Source: Patescibacteria group bacterium (GTDB lineage: Bacteria > Patescibacteriota > Patescibacteriia > UBA10025 > JAHIVO01). From it: a stretch of 64,000 nucleotides of DNA. Of the stretch, positions 1 through 7,647 are shown piece after piece. Position numbers and translations under genes: made by a program. The DNA is taken from NCBI GenBank assembly GCA_043808365.1, contig JAZDEZ010000007.1, positions 9,637 to 73,636 on the forward strand, read 5' to 3'. Under the pieces are notes generated by a model. That model saw only the letters and a list, made by a program, of their open reading frames with translations. It was not told where the DNA came from and made no database searches. Numbering within the stretch: the stretch's first letter is position 1; the number at the start of each line of letters is the position of its first letter.

Positions 1-1038
1 TTTCGGCACGGCGCAATAGGCTAATACTGCGGTACTGTCATACGCGCACTTGCTGGCCCAGGTCTGAATTTTTAGGTCCAGGTCGTTATTGCCGGCCGCG
101 TCGCCAGACGCGTCGACCAGATGGATGACCGGATTATACCGTGAACCGTCGGAATATACGGAATACAGTATTTGATCTCCCTGCGGCGACCAAATGCCCT
201 GGAACCCGCGGCCAAGCACGTCGAATGACTTGAAGTTTTCCTGATTCAGCCCGATCGGCAAAATCGTCAGTCCGGTCGCGTTGGCCGAATCCCTGAACAG
301 GGCCACGACCTGGCTGTTCGGGGACCAATTCACGTCTACCTTGCTGGCATTATCGCCCAGCGGCTCCACCAGCTGTACTTCCGAGGCGTCGGCATTGGCC
401 ACTGCCAGCCAGCGGGCGTTTTCCTGATCGCTGATGTTCAGGAAGCCAAGCTGGTCTCCGGACGGGGAAAATTCTATGCTGTCCCATTCTTTCGGCAATG
501 TCACCTGCTGTTTTTTGTCGAAATCATAGACGATCTGGCTCTGGTCGGGGAAAGATACGACCGCCTTATTGCCCTTTGGCGACCAGGTAATGTTCCTGGC
601 CTCCGGGAAAACCTTGTCTGACAATTCCTGGGGTTTGCCGTTTGGATCTAATTTGTAAAACTTGCCTTGCGCCGGGTCATAATACCGCAGTGAAGTCCCG
701 TCAGAGGTTAAGCTGACGCCATCTGCCTTCTGGTCAATTTCGGCTTTGGCGAACGTCTCACTGCCTCGGGCCACCTCGTCAATCTTAATCCCATTGACAT
801 TCGCCTGCTGGCGGTTGATATTGACTCCCTGGTTGACGTTGGTCACGACTCGGTTTACATTCACGGTGCCATTGATATTCGGCAGTCCGACATTTATGTT
901 CTGGTTAATCGCCCCATTAATGTTCTCATTGCCATTTTGCGGACTGACCAGATCCCTGATAAAGACAAAATAAATCAGGACACCCAGAGCCACGACCAGG
1001 ATAACGAAAGCGATGATGAGAAGTATTTTTTTATTCAT
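1..1038 (-). CDS. TolB-like beta-propeller (PD40/WD40-like repeat) protein with N-terminal membrane anchor; C-terminus runs off the left window edge
   Basis: Absent from the ORF track because there is no stop in the window. Hand translation from the ATG at 1036-1038 stays open for 346 codons to position 1: MNKKILLIIAFVILVVALGVLIYF... It then shows recurring blade-like motifs ITWSPKGNKAVVSF, IEFSPSGDQLGFL, VNWSPNSQVVALF and GIWSPQGDQILYS. It starts 5 nt after the stop of the upstream pilin-like gene. Confidence 0.6.
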   Translation of the reverse strand, partial: MNKKILLIIAFVILVVALGVLIYFVFIRDLVSPQNGNENINGAINQNINVGLPNINGTVNVNRVVTNVNQGVNINRQQANVNGIKIDEVARGSETFAKAEIDQKADGVSLTSDGTSLRYYDPAQGKFYKLDPNGKPQELSDKVFPEARNITWSPKGNKAVVSFPDQSQIVYDFDKKQQVTLPKEWDSIEFSPSGDQLGFLNISDQENARWLAVANADASEVQLVEPLGDNASKVDVNWSPNSQVVALFRDSANATGLTILPIGLNQENFKSFDVLGRGFQGIWSPQGDQILYSVYSDGSRYNPVIHLVDASGDAAGNNDLDLKIQTWASKCAYDSTAVLAYCAVPK

Positions 1039-1042
1039 ATAA

Positions 1043-2092
1043 TTAATAACATTTAGCGGAAGGAATTTTCCCGATGTATTTCTCGTCTTCCATGCCTGGC
1101 GGATGTTTTTCACCCGGTCCGTAAATAATCGGACTATAATCAACCAAATCGATGCCACAGCCCCTCTCATCATCCTGGCACTTTGTCCCCACCCGAATAT
1201 TATCATGAATTATCCCATCATCAAAAATCAAAAAACCGCAAAACTCGTCGGAATCACCTGTTGCTTGCCAATCTTTATCCATATATTTGACCGGTACGGT
1301 TTCGTCACAGGCAATCCAAGATTTATTATCTATGGTTCTAATAGATATATCTAGGGATCTCCTAGCCATTGTGCATATTTTAGATCCTCCGCAAGAAGAG
1401 GATGAAACAATAGTACACTGATCATCCTTACCACCATGCCAATAAGCCCCACAGGCTAACGCCCCCCCAAGTTTGCTATTTGATAAAGTACATATTTTTA
1501 TCCCTTGCCAAACAGTAGGATCGCCCAATTCGTTCTTGGCAATGGGCTGGAGTCCTGGCACTTTCAAACTAGTTATTTTTGGGTTTATGAAATTCAGAAT
1601 GACGTACGAGCCGAGGACCAGCGCCAATCCGATCATGGCCGAAGAAATCGTGTCACGGGCGTCCTGGAGCTTTGATGGGTTGCCGAACGAGACTGTGTAT
1701 TTTATCCCGCCATAAATCATCATGACGACGGCCAATATCCCGGCGATGCCCGCCAAGTACCGGTACATGTCCGCGATAAAACAGGACATGTTCTGGACGT
1801 AGGGGTATTTTTTACCAGTCTCGTCACCGGCCAGCATCTCTGTCACGCCGGGAATATGGTAGTTCAAACGAATGGCCGTTGATACGCATTTTTTAACAAG
1901 GCAATCGCTATCTTTGGTACAAACCTTATCAGTACCAAGACAGTGAGTAGTAATATGGCACTCGTCGCTCACCGAGCTGCTCGATGTCTGCGCGGAAGCT
2001 GGCGTAATAAAAACTAGCCCGAAATACCCGAGCATAATGGCCGGCACCATGCCGAGAAAGAAAGGCAATAGACGATTTGTACGTACGTGCAT
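1043..2092 (-). CDS. TrbC/VirB2-type (CPR 'T4SS pilin'-like) membrane protein with Cys-rich N- and C-terminal extensions
   Basis: 349-aa ORF with a signal/anchor ...GYFGLVFITPASA. Two central hydrophobic helices, YLAGIAGILAVVMMIYGGIKY and SSAMIGLALVLGSYVILNFINP, are joined by a short polar loop (FGNPSKLQDARDT), which is the pilin hairpin pattern. There are 6 Cys before the helices and 10 Cys in the last ~170 aa. The gene sits in the same string as VirB4 and PrgI-like genes. Confidence 0.5.
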   Translation of the reverse strand: MHVRTNRLLPFFLGMVPAIMLGYFGLVFITPASAQTSSSSVSDECHITTHCLGTDKVCTKDSDCLVKKCVSTAIRLNYHIPGVTEMLAGDETGKKYPYVQNMSCFIADMYRYLAGIAGILAVVMMIYGGIKYTVSFGNPSKLQDARDTISSAMIGLALVLGSYVILNFINPKITSLKVPGLQPIAKNELGDPTVWQGIKICTLSNSKLGGALACGAYWHGGKDDQCTIVSSSSCGGSKICTMARRSLDISIRTIDNKSWIACDETVPVKYMDKDWQATGDSDEFCGFLIFDDGIIHDNIRVGTKCQDDERGCGIDLVDYSPIIYGPGEKHPPGMEDEKYIGKIPSAKCY

Positions 2093-2100
2093 GTCAATAT

Positions 2101-2700
2101 TTATAAACTGCCTTTAGCCTGCCAGGCGGCATTATCCACCAGCCACGTCTCCCCTTCTTTGGCGAAATCCAGCACCAGCACCTGATAATAGGTAGATGTT
2201 CCATCAATAGTAACGCCTGTCTCACGGCGCTGGGCGCTGACATTAATTGTAGCCTTGAGCTTGGCGATGCTAGCGATACTGGTCGAGAGGGCATTCGTGG
2301 TTGTGGAAAAAAATGACGACGAGGAAGACTGCGCCTTTTGTGATGTCACGAAGCTGTCAGAAATGACCTGCATTTTCTTGGTCATGTACGGTTTCAGGTC
2401 AGTGATGTTCTGGAACCCGGCTTCAGACGAATAGCTGCCATAACGCTCGGTAAAAAGATTGGCCAGCCTGACCAGAGCCACTTCGTCGGTGGTGGCTGTG
2501 TTAGTAGCGGCGGGCTTGTTGGTCGAGGCGTTGATTATTACGACATCAGTATTTAATAGTGCCGTATTCGTATTGGCCGAATTGGTAGTCGGGGTGTCTT
2601 TGTTCGACAGGAGCCACCACGCCACGCCAGCGATGACCAGAACAATCAAGATGGCGGCGCCGATGAGCAAATTTCTCCTGGTTTGCGGGCTCATGTCCAT
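2101..2700 (-). CDS. bitopic membrane protein, function unknown (VirB8/PrgL-like topology only)
   Basis: 199-aa ORF with one N-terminal TM (LLIGAAILIVLVIAGVAWWLL), a Thr/Asn-rich linker and a ~130-aa C-terminal globular part. I recognised no diagnostic motif, so the assignment rests on topology and context. Confidence 0.55.
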   Translation of the reverse strand: MDMSPQTRRNLLIGAAILIVLVIAGVAWWLLSNKDTPTTNSANTNTALLNTDVVIINASTNKPAATNTATTDEVALVRLANLFTERYGSYSSEAGFQNITDLKPYMTKKMQVISDSFVTSQKAQSSSSSFFSTTTNALSTSIASIAKLKATINVSAQRRETGVTIDGTSTYYQVLVLDFAKEGETWLVDNAAWQAKGSL

Positions 2701-2742
2701 ATATCTTTTAATAAATAATAAATCTAAAACTGTAATTCTTTA

Positions 2743-2870
2743 ATATCCAATTCTCTGATATCCAATATTCAATGAATGTCCAATTATCAAATGACTGATT
2801 TTCAAACCTTTGCGAATTATTGCATTGGACATTGGGATTTTATTGAATATTGGTAATTGGTAATTTGTCA
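2743..2870. repeat. CCAAT-word palindromic intergenic element, copy 1 of 3
   Basis: The left half carries repeated CCAAT words (atatccaattctctgatatccaatattcaatgaatgtccaat). The right half mirrors them as ATTGG words (attggacattgggattttattgaatattggtaattgg). Complementary pairs checked by hand: ccaatattcaat/attgaatattgg and gtccaat/attggac. The element fills the gap between the VirB4 stop and the next gene start. Confidence 0.7.
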
Positions 2871-2904
2871 TATCAGGATTTGTTTCGTATTTCGTGTTTT
2901 GAAA

Positions 2905-4803
2905 TTAACCCATGGGTGCTTCATTCTCCGCTTGTGCGTCCTCAAATTCCTTCTTGGCCGCTTCGATTTCCAGGAGCTGTCGCGGGTCTGAGGTGATGAT
3001 ATGATCCTCGGTATACGACGCCACTACCTTGATGGCGGCGTGCTTGGCGCCGGCGAAAAATATGCCTTCTCCGACGCCGCATTCCAGCAATAGATATTTC
3101 TCCCCGTCCGTCAGCAGGAACGTCCTAGCGATCAGGTCGATGGCCGCCGGCGACTGCTTCATCAGCAATTGGAGCGAGGAGTTCGTGACGATCGCCTGTC
3201 CGTACGGCGAACGCAAAAAATCATTGACGTCCTGGGTGATGGTCGTCACGCCCAGGTAATACTTGCGGCAGCGTTTGACCAAAGCGTAAATAAACTTGGC
3301 CGAATCTTCCTGCTGCATCAGCCACCAGCCTTCGTCAATGACCAAAATGCGCTTTTTCATCTGCGACCGGACGGTATTCCACACGTAGGATACGATCAGT
3401 GAAATGCCGATCGGCTTCAATTCGTCTTCCAGATCCCGGACGGAAAAAACGACCAGCTGGTTGCTCATCTGGATGTTCGTCGGGTTATTCAAAAGGCCGG
3501 CGAACGTGCCTTCGGTATATTTTTTCAGGCGGACCACCAGGTCCTCCGCGCCGACCATGCCTTCCAGCACTTCCTCAAAATCCTTGAATAACGGCGACTC
3601 GACATGGGCCAGGTCCGCGTCCGCGGTAATGTCTTTTTTGGCGTACGTCTCGATGAGCGCCCGGTCAATCAGCGAATCCTCGGCGTGGGTGAACTGCCCG
3701 AGCATCAAACGCAATAACCCTTTCAATGTGATGATGGCCGAGCGGATGATGTCTGACGTCTTTTCGTCCTTGCGGGTCGGGCGCGGCAGGTCAAACGGGT
3801 TCAGCTTGCTTTCGGACGAGAGGGAGATGCTGATATACGTGCCGCCGACCGCATCCGAAAGATACTTATATTCCATTTCCGGATCAATGACAATCACGTC
3901 AGTGCCCAGCATCATGCTCCGCAATATTTCCAATTTTACCGCGTAGCTTTTCCCGGCGCCCGAGGTGGCGAACACGACTGAGTTGGCGTTCTGCAGGCTA
4001 AACCGGTCAAACAGGATCAGACTGTTGTTATGCCGGTTGATCCCGTACAAAATGCCGTTGTCGCTGGTCAATTCCGATGAAATAAACGGGAAAGAGGAGG
4101 CGCAGGGCGATGAGCTCATATTGAAAGATATGGCCAGTTCATCGTCCCCCAGCGGAAGAGTTGAATTGAAGCCCTGTTCCGCCTGGTAAAAAACCCGCTT
4201 GGTGTACACCAGCCGCGAGCCGAACATTGATTCGACTTTTTCCGTAATCTTATCCAGTTCATCCTTGCTCTTGGCGTAGACGGTGATATACAGGGCGAAC
4301 TGGAAAAATTTTTCGATTCCCTGCGTCAGGTCATCGCGCAGTTTCTCGATATCGCGGAGGGCTGTTTCCCGGATCGGGTCGCGGGGCGCGCCTTTTTCCG
4401 CGTCGCCCAAGATTTGCGCTTCCAGCGTACCGACCTTGTTGCGCAGTTGTTTCAAAATAATTTCAGAACTGATCGGGTAAAAAAACATCGAAATATCCAA
4501 AGGCACGTTCAGGTTGATGACCGGCGCAAACCAGCCGACCCGGATATACCGGGGGTACGTCACGACAAACAGCGTTCGCAGATACTGGGCCCCGAGCTCC
4601 AGGTACCGGGACTCAGTTTTCATCGAGGCCGGAGCGATCAGATCCCGGACCGTCACCACGCCCCGGCGGTATATTTTTTCCGATTCCAACAGCTCCTTTT
4701 TTTCCTCGATCTGCTCGGCCGCCAGGCGCTGCTGCTCATCCGGCGTCAGCTGGGGCGGCGCTTCGGTCGGGACGGTTTGGGTTTTTCGGTATAATTCGAC
4801 CAT
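2905..4803 (-). CDS. virB4: VirB4/TraC/TrbE-family type IV secretion ATPase
   Basis: 632-aa ORF. Walker A is VVFATSGAGKSYAVK and Walker B-like is KRILVIDEGWWLM, followed by GVTTITQDVNDF. The N-terminal region matches the VirB4 pattern (TYPRYIRVGWFAPVINL). Confidence 0.85.
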   Translation of the reverse strand: MVELYRKTQTVPTEAPPQLTPDEQQRLAAEQIEEKKELLESEKIYRRGVVTVRDLIAPASMKTESRYLELGAQYLRTLFVVTYPRYIRVGWFAPVINLNVPLDISMFFYPISSEIILKQLRNKVGTLEAQILGDAEKGAPRDPIRETALRDIEKLRDDLTQGIEKFFQFALYITVYAKSKDELDKITEKVESMFGSRLVYTKRVFYQAEQGFNSTLPLGDDELAISFNMSSSPCASSFPFISSELTSDNGILYGINRHNNSLILFDRFSLQNANSVVFATSGAGKSYAVKLEILRSMMLGTDVIVIDPEMEYKYLSDAVGGTYISISLSSESKLNPFDLPRPTRKDEKTSDIIRSAIITLKGLLRLMLGQFTHAEDSLIDRALIETYAKKDITADADLAHVESPLFKDFEEVLEGMVGAEDLVVRLKKYTEGTFAGLLNNPTNIQMSNQLVVFSVRDLEDELKPIGISLIVSYVWNTVRSQMKKRILVIDEGWWLMQQEDSAKFIYALVKRCRKYYLGVTTITQDVNDFLRSPYGQAIVTNSSLQLLMKQSPAAIDLIARTFLLTDGEKYLLLECGVGEGIFFAGAKHAAIKVVASYTEDHIITSDPRQLLEIEAAKKEFEDAQAENEAPMG

Positions 4804-4806
4804 GGC

Positions 4807-5493
4807 TTATTCGATATTTAGTTTGGAGATATCGACCAGTGGCTGCTGGTCATAAGTATCCGGGTTATAGGTGTTGTAGAAAAGCTCGATCAGGCCCTGG
4901 GTATCCAGTGGTGTCGCTTTGAGGCCGATTGAACTGAGGCCGTCAATGATATATTCCACGCGCTTTGATAATTCAACCCTGTTTTTATCAAATTTCTTCT
5001 GCTTAATATTGATAACCGTTGTCGGCGAAATCGCTTCCTTGAGTCTCGAAATAAACCCCTTTGACTTGATCGAACCGGTGGAATACGGCACCACGATATA
5101 AAAACGCTTGCTCATGATATCCGCCAGGGAAACGAGCTCGGCAATATACTGGCGGTATTCGCGCGTCTGCATCTTGAGCAGCTCATTCGTCTGCTCTTTC
5201 TCGATTTTCTTCAGGCGCTCGAGGTATTCATCAATATTGAGTTTCCTGGATTGGATGACGATCTGCAGGGAAAAATCCAAAGAATTCAAAAACTGGACAT
5301 ACCCCTGGATGACGGCATTCTGTTCATCCTCGGACTTGAGGGAAAAATTCACTGACGAAACTAAAACGACGCCGCGCAGCGTCCCATCTTTCAGGATCAC
5401 GGCATCGTCCTTGATTTCCAGGATATTCAAATATACCTGAGTCGAGGGCATCACGACTTTTCTGGCTGCTGGCTTGTCTTTCTTTTTGGCCAT
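4807..5493 (-). CDS. hypothetical protein, T4SS-module associated
   Basis: 228-aa ORF sandwiched between PrgI-like and VirB4, with 3-5 nt gaps. It has no TM segment and I recognised no motif with confidence. Confidence 0.55.
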   Translation of the reverse strand: MAKKKDKPAARKVVMPSTQVYLNILEIKDDAVILKDGTLRGVVLVSSVNFSLKSEDEQNAVIQGYVQFLNSLDFSLQIVIQSRKLNIDEYLERLKKIEKEQTNELLKMQTREYRQYIAELVSLADIMSKRFYIVVPYSTGSIKSKGFISRLKEAISPTTVINIKQKKFDKNRVELSKRVEYIIDGLSSIGLKATPLDTQGLIELFYNTYNPDTYDQQPLVDISKLNIE

Positions 5494-5498
5494 AGATG

Positions 5499-5930
5499 TT
5501 ATGACGATTGCTCTTCGCCTTCACGATACGACCCGCCGGTATCCACGACTAACGACAATTCTGACAGGCGGGATGCGGTCACGTGCTGTTTGATGGGCCG
5601 GGTCGGCGGCGGCGCCGGTTCTTTTTCTTTCTTGATTTTATTCGGGCTACCGTCCTTGTTCCAGACCTTCATGATCGGGCGGCGCAGCGTTTGGGTTAGA
5701 TTGAGCAGAAAATAATGGAAAGGCCGGCCGTTGATTTTCAAAAAGGCGAATGTGCCGGTCAGGGCGAAAATCAGGACACCCTCGATGGCAGCCGCCCAAA
5801 AACTGGCCAGCTTGAATACGATGAATATCATCCCGGCGCCGATAATAAAAATTAAAAATTGGCGGACCGTCAGTGGCCCGATAATTTTGGCTTCAACATC
5901 GAGGAATTGTGGCACGACAAATTGCTGCAT
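5499..5930 (-). CDS. PrgI-family (VirB3-like) small membrane protein
   Basis: 143-aa ORF. The N-terminus MQQFVVPQFLDVEAKIIGPLTVRQFLIFIIGAGMIFIV, followed by a second TM, is the characteristic PrgI-family opening. It lies directly upstream of the VirB4 pair. Confidence 0.7.
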   Translation of the reverse strand: MQQFVVPQFLDVEAKIIGPLTVRQFLIFIIGAGMIFIVFKLASFWAAAIEGVLIFALTGTFAFLKINGRPFHYFLLNLTQTLRRPIMKVWNKDGSPNKIKKEKEPAPPPTRPIKQHVTASRLSELSLVVDTGGSYREGEEQSS

Positions 5931-5931
5931 A

Positions 5932-7191
5932 CTATACGGCCAGCCGGCTGTTAAGGCTATTGATGGCTAAAAATTCATCTAATAATAAATAAGGCTGATT
6001 GCCCTGCATGCGCTTGCGGATGATTTCGGCGATAGCCAGGTTTTCCTCCATGCTTTCCCGCCCGATCTGCAAATAGAGTCGGCTGACGGGCGACTGCCTC
6101 CAGGCTTTTATCGCTTCAACCTTGACGGCCCACGAGTCGTGCTCCAGGAGGTCGATTTTTTCCAAAATTCGGTCAGCCGCTTCCGCCGGATTGGTGCCTT
6201 GGCGCCTGAATTCATCCAGGTCAATATCCGCCAATTCCTCAACCGGGCCCATGACCCTGGCCGGACGCCTGATGTCATTCACCTGCGGCCGGGCTTGTTC
6301 GACCTGACGCACCTGCACGATCCGGGGCATTTCATCTACCGGCCTGGTATACATGTCTGGTGTCGATACCGGCGCTGGTTTGGATAGTTCGGCTGGCTGT
6401 GGTTTGAGTTTTGGCAGAGGTTTTTGAATTTCTTTTTTTATTTCCTCAGCTAATTGGCCAATGTCCTCCTTGACCGTGGCGGTCGGCACGGCTGGCGGCG
6501 GCGGCTTGACCGGCTGTGGACGCGGGATAAATGCCGGGGGGGCGTCTGGCTTTGGCATGGCCGCCACGACCGATTCGATTGGCTTATGGACCGGCTGGGC
6601 GCTGATTTGTTTTTCCACAAATTGGATGATTTTTGCCGCTTGATCGGCTGGTATCTCCAGTCCGCCGATTTTCTTCGACCTGGACAATACCTCTGCCGTT
6701 TCCACGGAATCACGCAGGTCGCGCAGTCTGGACTCGATTACTTTACCAAAGCGTTTTTGCATGACATCATCCGTAAAACTCAGCTGAAAATCGCTGATCA
6801 CGGCACGCACAATTTCTTCCACTGACAAAACTGAATGGCCGGCCGGCGTCGCTACCATCTGGTTAAGCTTCGCCTGTTGTTCGTGAATCTCAAACTCATC
6901 ATCCGGTGCCATAAAGGCACTGGCATGCGGTGATGATGAAATCGGCGGTGCGGCTTTGATTGGCACTGCCTCTCGAAGAGGAGGTATTCCTGGCTGGGGG
7001 GAAACGACAGGAGGACGAACTGGCAGAACTCTTTGCGGCTGTGGGGGAGGGGTAACAGTCGCCTTTTTTACGGAAAAATCAGTAATTTTGTCATCCAAGA
7101 CCTTCTTAAACTGCCCGCTTTTGTCCTTTATTAAAAAACCGGCGGGCAAATCTGAATCCTGGTTTGCGCTATTCACGTTCAAATTATCCAT
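5932..7191 (-). CDS. proline-rich hypothetical protein; first gene of the T4SS-like string
   Basis: 419-aa ORF with long Pro-rich tracts (TPPPQPQRVLPVRPPVVSPQPGIPP; PDAPPAFIPRPQPVKPPPPAVP) and a helical C-terminal part. A near-consensus promoter lies ~50 nt upstream. Confidence 0.6.
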   Translation of the reverse strand: MDNLNVNSANQDSDLPAGFLIKDKSGQFKKVLDDKITDFSVKKATVTPPPQPQRVLPVRPPVVSPQPGIPPLREAVPIKAAPPISSSPHASAFMAPDDEFEIHEQQAKLNQMVATPAGHSVLSVEEIVRAVISDFQLSFTDDVMQKRFGKVIESRLRDLRDSVETAEVLSRSKKIGGLEIPADQAAKIIQFVEKQISAQPVHKPIESVVAAMPKPDAPPAFIPRPQPVKPPPPAVPTATVKEDIGQLAEEIKKEIQKPLPKLKPQPAELSKPAPVSTPDMYTRPVDEMPRIVQVRQVEQARPQVNDIRRPARVMGPVEELADIDLDEFRRQGTNPAEAADRILEKIDLLEHDSWAVKVEAIKAWRQSPVSRLYLQIGRESMEENLAIAEIIRKRMQGNQPYLLLDEFLAINSLNSRLAV

Positions 7192-7249
7192 AAATTAGCC
7201 AAACTAATGCTTTTCGATAGTTAATGAAATTAGCTGTTTGTGTGGCTTT

Positions 7250-7278
7250 ATTATATCATAATTTCACGAGAAAATCAA
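7250..7278 (-). promoter_or_regulatory. sigma70-type promoter of the T4SS-like operon
   Basis: The minus strand reads TTGATT (7273-7278), a 17-nt spacer, then TATAAT (7250-7255), counted by hand. The -35 box overlaps the left arm of the inverted-repeat module at 7273-7393. Confidence 0.55.
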
Positions 7279-7393
7279 ACCCGTTAGAAAATGCATAAAG
7301 AATCATTCCCTGATAGAAGGACAGTAATTGATATTAACTTCCCTTAATTGTATTAACAATAATTGTGCATTTACTAACGGGGTTGCCCCGAAT
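7273..7393. repeat. inverted-repeat-flanked ~120-bp promoter-upstream module, copy A (partner at 57101-57221)
   Basis: The arms are aatcaaacccgttagaaaatgca (left) and tgcatttactaacggggttgccccgaat (right). The 70-bp core at 7296-7365 matches the core of copy B at 62/70 positions, but only after reverse-complementing one copy (hand alignment). Confidence 0.7.
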
Positions 7394-7451
7394 ATAATCA
7401 GGAGCCTCCCACAAACACCCAAACGCGTGCCTTTTTTATTTCTATGGTAAT

Positions 7452-7488
7452 CCCCCTCTCCCTAAGAGAGAGGGCTCTGGGGTGAGGG
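7452..7488. repeat. GC-rich REP-like hairpin (CCCTCTC..GAGAGGG + CTCTGGGGTGAGGG), copy 1 of 3
   Basis: The stem pairs 7454-7460 with 7468-7474, followed by a ggggtgaggg tail. The same hairpin-plus-TGAGG design recurs at 48658-48688 and 51245-51290. A second perfect 8-bp hairpin, gcgcaagc/gcttgcgc, follows at 7495-7516. Confidence 0.55.
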
Positions 7489-7533
7489 AAGGTCGCGCAA
7501 GCAGAGACGCTTGCGCTCGGAGGATATGCCGAT

Positions 7534-7647
7534 GGTTATAGGTTGAAAGTTGAAGGATGACGGTACGGTTGAAGGTCCTAGGAGACGTATAACTTACAAC
7601 TTTCCTCCATACTTTCTTCCAATAACCTTTAACTTTAACCCTATAAC
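7534..7647. repeat. long palindromic element overlapping the stop of the ATG-grasp gene (terminator-like)
   Basis: The left arm is ggttataggttgaaagttgaagg (7534-7556) and the right arm is cctttaactttaaccctataac (7626-7647). They are complementary at 19/22 positions by hand. The right arm covers the TAG stop at 7641-7643. Confidence 0.5.

Noticed and set aside
7394-7451. A small RNA driven by the core promoter of module copy A and ending at the T-run near 7432-7441.
   Set aside because: No stable hairpin precedes the T-run, and nothing else supports a transcript. I keep it only as a possibility inside the inverton hypothesis.
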